Below are positions 37,851 to 51,724 of a DNA stretch of 64,000 bases, piece by piece. Source of the DNA: Antedon mediterranea (lineage: Eukaryota > Animalia > Echinodermata); the NCBI RefSeq assembly GCF_964355755.1, contig NC_092672.1:3596001-3660000 (forward strand), written 5' to 3'. The position numbers were made by a program, and so were the translations under genes. Every line of letters starts with the position of its first letter. Positions within the stretch are counted from its first letter, which is position 1. A model generated the notes under the pieces. It saw only the letters and a program-made list of their open reading frames with translations, ran no database searches and was not told where the DNA came from.

Positions 37851-38529
37851 AAACACAAACTAGGTTGTAAAAAGTGAAGGAAATCATTACATTTTAATAT
37901 TGTTTGGTAATAAAGATGCCTATCATAGTCAAATGGCAATAACTGATTAGCCGAGACCAATGACATTTAAAACAACTCCTACTTAAAATTCCCTACTTAT
38001 ACAGTACAGCAGCTTTTTGATTGGCTGCAAGTTTAGTTTTCTGTTCGTTCATCAGAAATGGTATAAATAATTATTAATCAATAAGATTACTGGATTTCTT
38101 TAGTATTTCTGACACATTTCAAATCTTAATTGAATTATTAATGTAATGGAAATTTGTCATAGGCCTATTATAGCAACATATCATTTCTGGAAGAGTATTA
38201 CGGTCTGAATAGATCGATGTTAAAACACACGTCCTCATTTATCAAATTATTCATTCACTGCACATTTATTCTGTTAAGAAGAACTGGGACCCTCAATAGA
38301 AGCCAAAGCATGTCTCATGATGGCCCCTACAATACATATCAAACATAAAAAGATATGGAATATTTTTATTTTTACAACGGCACACGTTCATCATAAACGA
38401 TGCGTTCTTAAAAGTATAAATTTAAACAGCAAACGGATACAAATCAATAGGGTAATTAGGAACAAAAGAATAACACATTTTCAAAATCCATCGACTCGAT
38501 CTCTTGTATACAGTAAATCTAACAAAATC

Positions 38530-41500
38530 ACACTGATCATATCCAACATTAAGTATTAATAATTATTATTGATTAGGTAGATATTAAAAGATGCGTTATA
38601 ACAAATTATGAATATACAGATCATATCCAACAATGTGACATAGATTATTAATAATAATTATTGATGAGGTAGATATTTAAAGATGCGTGCTCAGTTATCA
38701 AATTATGACTACACTGATTATATCCACCAGTGTGATGTAGAGTATTAATAATATTATTGATGAAATAGATATTAAAAGATGCGTGCTCAGTTATCAAATT
38801 CTGACTACACTGATCATATCCAACAATGTGATATAAGATATTAATAACAATTATTGATGAGGTAGATATTGAAAGATGCGTGCTCAGTTATCAAATTCTG
38901 ACTACACTGATCATATCCAACAATGTGATATAAGATATTAATAATAATTATTGATGAGGTAGATATTAAAAGATGCGTGCTCAGTTATCAAATTATGACT
39001 ACACTGATCATATCCCACAATGTGATATAGATTATTATTAATAATTATTGATGATGTAGATATTTAAAGATGCGTGCTCAGTTATCAAATTCTGACTACA
39101 CTAATCGTATCCAACATTGTGATATAAGATCTTAATAATAATTATTGATGAGGTAGATATTTAAAGATGCGTGCTCAGTTATCAAATTATGACTACACTG
39201 ATCATATCCCACAATGTGATATAGATTATTATTAATAATTATTGATGATGTAGATATTTAAAGATGCGTGCTCAGTTATCAAATTATGACTACACTGATC
39301 ATATCAAACAATGTGATATAAGATATTAATAATAATTATTGATGATGTAGATATTGAAAGATGCGTGCTCAGTTATCAAATTATGACTACACTAATCATA
39401 TCCCAAAATGTGATATAGATTATTATTAATAATTATTGATGATGTAGATATTTAAAGATGCGTGCTCAGTTATCAAATTATGACTACACTGATTATATCC
39501 AACAATGTGATATAGATTATTAATAATAATTATTGATGAGGTAGATATTTAAAGATGCGTGCTCAGTTATCAAATTATGACTACACTGATCATATCCAAC
39601 AATGTGATTTAGATTATTAACAATAATTATTGATGAGGTAGATATTAAAAGATGCGTGCTCAGTTATCAAATTATGACTACACTGATCATATCAAACAAT
39701 GTGCTATAGATTATTAATAATAATTATTGATGAGGTAGATATTAAAAGATGCGTGCTCAGTTATCAAATTCTGACTACACTGATCATATCAAACAATGTG
39801 CTATAGATTATTAATAATAATTATTGATGAGGTAGATATTTAAAGATGCGTGCTCAGTTATCAAATTATGACTACACTGATCATATCAAACAATGTGCTA
39901 TAGATTATTAATAATAATTATTGATGAGGTAGATATTAAAAGATGCGTGCTCAGTTATCAAATTCTGACTACACTGATCATATCCAACAATGTGATATAA
40001 GATATTAATAATAATTATTGATGAGGTAGATATTAAAAGATGCGTGCTCAGTTATCAAATTCTGACTACACTGATCATATCAAACAATGTGATATAAGAT
40101 ATTAATAATAATTATTGATGATGTAGATATTGAAAGATGCGTGCTCAGTTATCAAATTATGACTACACTAATCATATCCCAAAATGTGATATAGATTATT
40201 ATTAATAATTATTGATGATGTAGATATTTAAAGATGCGTGCTCAGTTATCAAATTATGACTACACTGATTATATCCAACAATGTGATATAAGATATTAAT
40301 AATAATTATTGATGAGGTAGATATTAAAAGATGCGTGCTCAGTAATCAAATTATGACTACACTGATCATATCCAACAATGTGATTTAGATTATTAACATT
40401 AATTATTGATGAGGTAGATATTAAAAGGTGCGTGCTCAGTTATCAAATTATGACTACAATGATCATATCAAACAATGTGCTATAGATTATTAATAATAAT
40501 TATTGATGAGGTAGATATTAAAAGATGCGTGCTCAGTTATCAAATTCTGACTACAATGATCATATCCAACAATGTGATATAAGATATTAATAATAATTAT
40601 TGATGAGGTAGATATTAAAAGATGCGTGCTCAGTTATCAAATTCTGACTACACTGATCATATCAAACAATGTGATATAAGATATTAATAATAATTATTGA
40701 TGATGTAGATATTGAAAGATGCGTGCTCAGTTATCAAATTATGACTACACTAATCATATCCCAAAATGTGATATAGATTATTATTAATAATTATTGATGA
40801 TGTAGATATTTAAAGATGCGTGCTCAGTTATCAAATTATGACTACACTGATTATATCCAACAATGTGATATAGATTATTAATAATAATTATTGATGAGGT
40901 AGATATTTAAAGATGCGTGCTCAGTTATCAAATTATGACTACACTGATCATATCCAACAATGTGATTTAGATTATTAACATTAATTATTGATGAGGTAGA
41001 TATTAAAAGATGCGTGCTCAGTTATCAAATTATGACTACACTGATCATATCAAACAATGTGCTATAGATTATTAATAATAATTATTGATGAGGTAGATAT
41101 TAAAGATGCATGCTCAGTTATCAAATTCTGACTACACTGATCATATCAAACAATGTGCTATAGATTATTAATAATAATTATTGATGAGGTAGATATTTAA
41201 AGATGCGTGCTCAGTTATCAAATTATGACTACACTGATCATATCAAACAATGTGCTATAGATTATTAATAATAATTATTGATGAGGTAGATATTAAAAGA
41301 TGCGTGCTCAGTTATCAAATTCTGACTACACTGATCATATCCAACAATGTGATATAAGATATTAATAATAATTATTGATGAGGTAGATATTAAAAGATGC
41401 GTGCTCAGTTATCAAATTCTGACTACACTGATCATATCGAACAATGTGATATATGATATTATTAATAATTATTGATTAGGTGGATATTTAAAGATGCGTG

Positions 41501-42890
41501 CTCAGTTATCAAATTATGACTACACTGATCATATCCAAAAATGTGATATAGATTATTATTAATAATTATTGATGATGTAGATATTTAAAGATGCGTGCTC
41601 AGTTATCAAATTATGACTACACTGATCATATCAAACAATGTGCTATAGATAATTAATAATAATTATTGATGAGGTAGATATTAAAAGATGCGTGCTCAGT
41701 TATCAAATTATGACTACACTGATTATATCCAACAATGTGATATAGATTATTAATAATAATTATTGATGAGGTAAGATATTTAAAGATGCGTGCTCAGTTA
41801 TCAAATTCTGACTACACTGATCATATCCAACAATGTGATATAAGATATTAATAATAATTATTGATGAGGTAGATATTAAAAGATGCGTGCTCAGTTATCA
41901 AATTATGACTACACTGATCATATCCCAAAATGTGATATAGATTATTATTAATAATTATTGATGATGTAGATATTTAAAGATGCGTGCTCAGTTATCAAAT
42001 TATGACTACACTGATCATATCCAACAATGTGATATAAGATATTAATAATAATTATTGATGAGGTAGATATTAAAAGATGCGTGCTCAGTAATCAAATTAT
42101 GACTACACTGATCATATCCAACCATGTGATTTAGATTATTAACATTAATTATTGATGAGGTAGATATTAAAAGGTGCGTGCTCAGTTATCAAATTATGAC
42201 TACAATGATCATATCAAACAATGTGCTATAGATTATTAATAATAATTATTGATGAGGTAAACATTTAAAGATGCGTGCTCAGTTATCAAATTATGACTAC
42301 ACTGATCATATCCAACAATGTGATATAAGATATTAATAATAATTATTGATGAGGTAGATATTAAAAGATGCGTGCTCAGTTATCAAATTCTGACTACACT
42401 GATCATATCGCACAATGTGATATATTAGTAATAATTATTGATGAGGTAGATATTAAAAGATGCGTGCTCAGTTATCAAATTTTGACTACACTGATTATAT
42501 CGAACAATGTGATATAGATTATTAATAATAATTATTGATGAGGTAGATATTAAAAGATGCGTGCTCAGTTATCAAATTCTGACTACACTGATCATATCGC
42601 ACAATGTGATATAGATTATTAGTAATAATTATTGATGAGGTAGATATTAAAAGATGCGTGCTCAGTTATCAAATTTTGACTACACTGATTATATCGAACA
42701 ATGTGATATAGATTATTAATAATAATTATTGATGAGGTAGATATTAAAAGATGCGTGCTCAGTTATCAAATTATGACTACACTGATCATATCCAACAATC
42801 TGATATATGATATCAATGCTAATTATTGATGAGGTAGATATTAAAAGATGCGTGCTCAGTTATCAAATTGTAACTACACTGATCATAATA
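38530..42890 (-). repeat. 97-bp satellite, right array (~45 homogeneous units), inverted relative to the left array
   Basis: AGATGCGTGCTCAGTTATCAAATT.. at 38681, 38777, 38874, 38971 etc.; variant ACTAATCATATCCCAAAA recurs at 39391, 40167, 40749 (8 and 6 units apart). Confidence 0.96.
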
Positions 42891-43283
42891 CTGTACATAG
42901 TCCTTTATGCATTAGACATTGATTTAGTAGTACTACATATCATTTGTTATATTAAGAATGTTGTTTTAGTGTTATTAAAATACTTATCGAATTTTTTTGA
43001 AAATAAAAATATTAGTATTGGTACCTATAAATTTATATACTATAATAACATGCTAGATGTTATAATAATGTGATCTTTATTACAACTAAGAAACAGTTAT
43101 GTACGAGGATGATACACACTGATAGTTCTCAGTTATCAAAAAACGACTACACAATATAGCTCTAGATAGCCCTAATCAACGATTAAAAGAAGTATGGGTA
43201 TGCATTCCAGATTCCATCCAAACATGTGGTGCATGCTCGTCTCACTTGCTGAATACCATGAGGGTGCGTAGAGGTTATTCGCA

Positions 43284-43619
43284 GGCGGTGGCAGGCCGCC
43301 GGTCATCTAGCCATTCTAGACGATAAACCCCTTTCGAGAAATGGTATGGTCTTCACGCTTGATTAGAGATCTCTAACCAAGCGTTACAAGTGTACATTCC
43401 TTGTTACAACTACATTTTAAAAGTGTACAACTACATTTTAAAAGTTTACAACTACATTTTACAAATGTACAACTACGTTTTACAATTACAAACATGAATT
43501 TTACAAATACACACACATTTTTAGGTTTACAAATACATTTTGCAATTACACACACACACATTTTAAATGTACACATACATTTTTCAGCTACACACTTTTG
43601 CTGCTTATGGCGCCCCATA
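43284..43619 (-). repeat. Right TIR of the giant element
   Basis: Reverse complement of 11730-12083. Confidence 0.92.
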
Positions 43620-44001
43620 GTTTTCTGTACCAGAGGGTTCTGGGAAAGTGGGCGGTGCTACCAAAACTGGCCTCAGTTATAATTATATGGCTGCTCATGT
43701 ATAAACACATAGCACAGCAGACAATACTGGTCCTCCTAGATGGCGGTAAATTTCACCGTCAAAGTCTTCATCATTAGTTGTAATCAAGCAATCTGTTCGA
43801 CTGGTTGTACAGGTACTCAACTCTGATGAGTGCTCTGGTGCTTGTTTGGGATGATAAAACTTTTGTACACTTTTTTTCCAATCATTTGCTTTGCTAGTTT
43901 GTTGAGGGCACGCTGGTGCAGCCCACTATATGTACTGGGGGATGGATGCTCCAGACTGGGTAGCATCTAGTGCCCGGTTTGCGTTCCATCGAACAAATCC
44001 A

Positions 44002-47000
44002 TTTATTTTATTTTATTTTATTTATAAACATATTTCTACTGGATGACAATATCAACGTTGTCCCACAAAGGGGACATTGTTGTTTTTCAAAAGGTCCAGT
44101 ATAAAACATAACAATATATATAATTATATAATACATAGTTTCTTTAAAAATGCTAAAATTAAACAGTCTGTAATTATTCTATAATTATAGAATAATTACA
44201 ACTGTCAAAAGTACGGTACGTTTTTAATCAATTTTTATCGTCTTTTATTAGGCATTTTGTTAATTATTTTATATATTTAAATTACTTTTTTAAAATTTAA
44301 AATAATGAATGCAACGTTTTTATTACAATTACTTTTAACATTGTAAGATATAAACGAGAGGAAAAAATATGTTTAAAAAATATAATATTTATAACATAGT
44401 TTGATAATAAAAGTGGCACGAACCCACACAAGACAAAACAAAATTAAACAGTCTAAAATAACACTAAAATGTGAGAATCAAACATTAAAAATACAAAATT
44501 ATGATTAAAAATCCAAGGTAAAAAGATGTTCATAAAATTATTTAATACATAGTTTCTTAAAAATAGTAAAAAATGTTAAAATTAAACAGTCTAAAATAGT
44601 ACTAAAATTTGAGAACCATACATTAAAAATACAACAAAAAAATGATTAAAAATCCAAGTTAACAAAGATGTTCATAAAAAAGATTACACCACATAAAAAA
44701 ATACATTGAACAGATTAAAATTTTTAAAAAAGTATTTCCCTAGATAAAAAAAGTGTTTTTATAACTTGATTTGAACGCATTAATGGAAATTGAATTTTGA
44801 ATGTCAAAATGTATGTTATTCCATATGTTTGCCCCTGCGACCCTCAGTGATTGTTCTTTCATTTTATTCGTGTTTGGTATCGGGGGAACAACATTTAATG
44901 TCTCAGAAGCTCTCGTGTTATATCTATGTCTGTCTATTACCATCTCGATTTCATTACAAAGTCTATCTGGTGCAGCACCGTGGACACACTTATACAATTG
45001 ATTGTATCAATGAATGTAGCAAGGGAGTAATTTTTTCTCTGCTCAAAACTTTGCCAAGATAATTGCTTAACTATGTTTTCACCTCTACTGTTTATGAAGT
45101 AGTGGTTCTTTGTAATTATTCTTGCCGCTGGTTGTTGAAACCTAAATATTTTACTTATAATTATTTGTTTCAGATGTATTACCCCATACAGAAATGGCAT
45201 CGTCGCTACATGGCTGTATATAGTCATTCTGTAAATTTTTTCTAGAAGGCTTTTGTTTAGAAATCTACTTACTTTGTTAAAAATTGTAATTTTGTGTCCA
45301 AGTGACTTACACAGATTACTAACATGATTATTCCACGTTAAATGTTCGTCAATTTCTACACCTAGATATCGAGTGTGCTTAGAATTTTTAAGCTTTTTAC
45401 CATTTAAGAAAATATTAATATCACGATCTGGGCTAGAACGTTGCCCTCGAATTAACATAACTTTTGTTTTACTCTAGGAGGTTTATACTGAGTTTGTTGT
45501 CCTCATACCATGTATTGACATTATCCATAATAGTTTGAAGCTTTTGATTGATTTCATTTGTTGAACTCCCATTAACAAAGATAGCAACATCGTCAGCAAA
45601 TATACTACCAGGGGAGATGTACTGTGAAATGTCATTAATAAATATTAAAAATAAAATAGGACCTAACCAACTTCCCTGCGGTATACCTATGTCAATATTG
45701 GTTGCTTTGGATTTACTACCGTTGCAAACGACAATTTGTTTTCTATTGCTTAGATAATTTCTGAACCAATCAATTTCGACGGTATTGAATCCATAAGTGT
45801 GAAAGTTTATTTATTAAAATAGAATGATTAATGGTGTCGAAACACTTTGAGATATCAAGGAAGCATACACCCACCATTTCTGATTCATCGAGAATTTCTA
45901 GCCAATCATCAATCACTCTATGGAGGCAATTTACTGCATGGAATGGTTTTTCCTAAAAGCAAATTGATCAACATTCATGAGATCATGTTCACTAAATTTT
46001 AACTATTTGTTTTTTAATTTCTTTTTACTAACTTGGCGATTTGACACACAACTTATATTGGCCTGTAATTTGACAGTATTTGTTTGCAGCCATTCTCTTT
46101 ATAGATTGATGTGGTCTTTGCTTCTTTCCAGTCATTTGGTAATTTCCCTGATGTTAAAGAGATGTTAATCATTCTGTACAGGGGTAAAGATATATGTTCT
46201 GCTGCAATCCTTAGCAATTTACTAGCAAAACCTAAAATATCATTATTGCTACTATCCGGTAGACTTGAAACAGCTTTAGTTCTTCTGTCAATTGTTCAAA
46301 TGAAAAAGAATATCTACAATTTGGATTTGTCCAATCTAGAGTCGTGTTATTCAATTTACTTGAGATGGTTTGTCTATGTTTGCAAAATAATCACTAATTG
46401 CGTCGCAGTCAATGTCGGGATGAATTGACCGTCTCTCCTTTGATTTACCAGTAATTTGATTTAGTTCGCGCCACAGCTGTTTTGGGCCGGTCATTTTTAA
46501 ATTTGTTTCCTATATTATCATAATAGGTAGATTTAGCCTTTTTAATACTCTTGTTCACTAAATTTCGAATTTTACGTGTTTTGTGCCTATCGGATAGAGG
46601 CTTACAATAATCACGTTTATATATTAACTTAATAATATCGGGTGACATCCATGGGGTATATCTTTGTTTTAATCTAGTTGTTCTGAATGGTGCATGCTTG
46701 TTACAAATAGCTAAGAATGAATTCCGCCAATTTGTCCACATTTCATTTATATCTAAGGAAATGTCGGTATTTTGTACTGACTCGCATTCCCGTATAGCAT
46801 TGATAAATACATTTTTGTCAAAGTTTTTGAAATTTCTAAAAGTAACAGTTTTATGTTTAATAGGTTCCTTAATTGACTTCAAACAAGTATAAACCATGAA
46901 ATGGTCACTGAGAGCAACTTTAGCTACGTCACTCATATAATGTTGGTCAGGCATTGAGCTGAGAATAAGGTCAATACAAGTTGACGTCGTTTGAGTAACT

Positions 47001-48250
47001 CGTGTTGGTTTGGTAATTAATTGTTGCACGGAGAACATAATTTTCGATCAAATTAATTGGGTTATTATATAGATCCTCATCAAATTTATAATCAATATTT
47101 AAATCACCCAGAATAATCATTTCTTTGTTTTCAGCTGATGCCGTTTCAATAATATCAATTATTTTATCAAAGTACTAATCACTACTATCCGGCGGACGAT
47201 ATAATCCATAGATTAAAATATTATCGGATTGTTTTCTCGTTAATTCAATCCAGACACCCTCCACAATGTCATTACTTAAGTCATGTCGATATACCGTTTT
47301 TAACATTATATGCAGACTCCCCCCTTTCTCTCTCTTCTATCGTGTCTAACTATATTAAACCCATCAATACTGACATAAGCGTCGGTAATATTCTCGTTTA
47401 GAAAAGTTTCGCTGATACTTAGAATATCAATGTTTAGTTTATTTAAGAGAAATGTAAGTTCATCCATTTTATTTACAATGCTCCATGGATTTAAATGACT
47501 AAGTTTTAGACCTCCGGCTTTTGCCATTTTCGTGTAAGAAGGTAGTCAGGATGATGTGAGGAATTGTTTATTGATGATTTGTGAATTCTCATATTTATAT
47601 AAAGTTTGCGGTACAAGTTCTGAAAGAACTGACGTGAGTTTCTTACCGTTTCGATCAATATTATGCTTTGATTGTCCCATCCATAGATATCATGATCGTC
47701 CTTAAGAGTGAGGAGCAGTGTTTTCTGATTCTCTTGAAGACGATCAAAGTATAAATTTATTTGATTGAAATGTCGAGAAACTTAACAATTCATTCATTTC
47801 AGAACTATTATTCTATACGCGTGGTGTATGTACTGCAAACTTTATATAATATTTGATTTCGTCATGAAAACCTTCAAACAATTCTCATATTCTTCCATTT
47901 TCTTTCTTTGTCAAGTCGGCATTCATCATTTTATACCTTTTACATATTTGATATTGTTTTTATGCTAAAGCTGGCATCTTTGCACAGTCCTTATTATATG
48001 ATGACTCAGCATTATCGCATCGTCACTGCGCCGACAATATTACAAAACAATTGTTGTTGTATTGTATTTAAATTCTGGGTAGAAAAAAAACGAATTTGGT
48101 TTTATTTTGATATCGACATAGTGATAAAAATTAAATTGATAAAATAAATTATTTTTCAAAAACTGGTACGGTCTCATTGTCCGTTGAAGGCGCTCTTTGA
48201 TTTTGTATTTGAAAAATGAGGAGAGAGAGCAGGTGTTTGTTGGTATCAAT
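44002..48250 (-). mobile_element. Decayed non-LTR retrotransposon, CR1/L2 group (APE endonuclease + RT)
   Basis: APE motifs LSHLN..ILSISETFL, GDLNI, PTRVT..STCIDLIL..SDH (47527-46445). RT motifs FLDISKCFDT, GIPQGSWLGPILFLIFIND, FADD, RYLGVEID, HRYNTR (45900-44740). Many frameshifts; 3' stem-loop and (TAAAA)n tail at 44002-44100. The 5' limit is approximate. Confidence 0.88.
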
Positions 48251-48621
48251 TCACACAGCGCGGCCTTTATGAATACTGTAATAAAAGGTGTAGGCCTAGC
48301 CTGTTCTAAGAGCCACAAAACTTAGGTAAGCTGGTTGTTTATAGTTTTTTTCTGTTTTGGTATTACGCTAGGCCTACTGGTGGTGCCTGCCTGGCACCTA
48401 TCTAACGTGACAATTATCACACACAGCCAGCCAGATGGGTGTAGGCCTACCACCACTCTTTTCTCTCCTACCTAGCCAGCCGAATCCGGAGAGTCGGAGG
48501 AGAGGGAAGTGTGAATTGTAATTTTAACTTAAACTAGCCTAGTTTAGTATAGTCTACTACTAGGCCTAATTAACGTAGGTGAACTCAATGTCTGATCAGA
48601 ATTGTCTTCATCTTTTTACAG

Positions 48622-50075
<1,454 letters not shown>

Positions 50076-50115
50076 CATTTATTTCTATGCAAGTAGTTAC
50101 TGTTGTTTTCTGCAC

Positions 50116-50838
50116 AGCACAGTGTTCAGGTTTAAACTATTGTTAACACCAAGTGTTATTACAAGTCAGCACAGTGTTCAGGTTTAAACTATTGTTAACA
50201 CCAAGTGTTATTACAAGTCAGTACAGTGTTCAGGTTTAAACTATTGTTAACACCAAGTGTTATTACAAGTCAGCACAGTGTTCAGGTTTAAACTATTGTT
50301 AACACCAAGTGTTATTACAAGTCAGCACAGTGTTCAGGTTTAAACTATTGTTAACACCAAGTGTTATTACAAGTTAGCACAGTGTTCAGGTTTAAGCTAA
50401 TTGTTAACACCAAGTGTTATTACAAGTCAGCACAGTGTTCAGGTTTAAACTATTGTTAACACCAAGTGTTATTACAAGTCAGCACAGTGTTCAGGTTTAA
50501 ACTATTGTTAACACCAAGTGTTATTACAAGTCAGCACAGTGTTCAGGTTTAAACTATTGTTAACACCAAGTGTTATTACAAGTCAGCACAGTGTTCAGGT
50601 TTAAACTATTGTTAACACCAAGTGTTATTACAAGTCAGCACAGTGTTCAGGTTTAAACTATTGTTAACACCAAGTGTTATTACAAGTCAGCACAGTGTTC
50701 AGGTTTAAACTATTGTTAACACCAAGTGTTATTACAAGTCAGCACAGTGTTCAGGTTTAAACTATTGTTAACACCAAGTGTTATTACAAGTCAGCACAGT
50801 GTTCAGGTTTAAACTATTGTTAACACCAAGTGTTATTA
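50116..50838. repeat. 52-bp minisatellite, ~14 near-identical copies
   Basis: Unit CAGCACAGTGTTCAGGTTTAAACTATTGTTAACACCAAGTGTTATTACAAGT. Confidence 0.96.
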
Positions 50839-51724
50839 CTCTTACAACATAAAGAAAATCAAAGACTGTACACAAATATATCTTATGTAGAACTTTTAAT
50901 ATAATACAAATAGTGATAAAAAAATGGTAATCCATAACTTATCAACTTTAAATTTATTTTATACAGAATTATATTTCACTATTTCTACATCATATAGAAA
51001 AAATATTTCAACATCAAAAAATATATTTAAAAACACACCAATGAAACTAAATGCAAAATTCATTGATGTCAAACTATATTATATAATGTCTTCATTGTTT
51101 GATTTTTGTCATTTTTAGTTTTACAAATTCTACTACAACTTTGTTCTGTTGTTGTTACTGTGCCAAAGACATCTCATTATGTGTTTATTTGTTAATATAA
51201 TTTATAATTACGTTTTCATTTAATAAAACTGCTTTTGATAACAAATTACGTTTCATCATTAATGTTCATGTTATGTTTTGTAGTTTCAAGTTGTACCACT
51301 TTTAGTATTTAACCATCCAACCTAATTATAAAGAGTTGTATTAATTACATTTAATATAATATTATCACATAATTACTTTAAAACACGCACAACCAATTCT
51401 ATACAATATATCAAGTAAAAAACATTGCATTATTATAAAAGAATAAGAAACAAACATTCTTGTTTATCTGCATGCTACAGCTGTTAATAATTATTACTTG
51501 CGTTGCTAGTGTGCCGCGTGCGGAAGTACGCGCGCGCTCCGTTGATGAAGGTAAAGTATGTGAAAATAAAATGTTTAAAAACATTTTATGTTTTAGATTA
51601 TCATATTGATTTAATCTACTATACGATTTATATATAAAAGGTCGTTTTTATATTGTATATAAATTTAATGTTAGAAATGCAATTATTTGCGATATTAAAA
51701 ATTGACACCTGCTTGCTGCGAGAT

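Larger units (their letters stand above)
31018..43162. mobile_element. 12.1-kb fold-back element nested in the giant transposon (possibly P/Galileo-type)
   Basis: Imperfect ~70-bp outer TIR (CAGGTATAGTATGTAGTTGTTTTTTGATAACAGAGAACTATCA.. vs reverse complement of 43092-43162); flanking direct repeat TAGATAG(C) at 31011-31018 and 43163-43170; inner arms are inverted satellite arrays. Confidence 0.65.
11730..43619 (+). mobile_element. Giant (31,890 bp) IS3EU-like DNA transposon with nested insertions
   Basis: Termini TATGGGGCGCCATAAGCAGC.../...GCTGCTTATGGCGCCCCATA; perfect 6-bp TSD GTTTTC (11724-11729, 43620-43625); long TIRs; internal rve-type transposase. TAY..RTA ends with a 6-bp TSD fit IS3EU as I recall the family. 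Confidence 0.85.
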
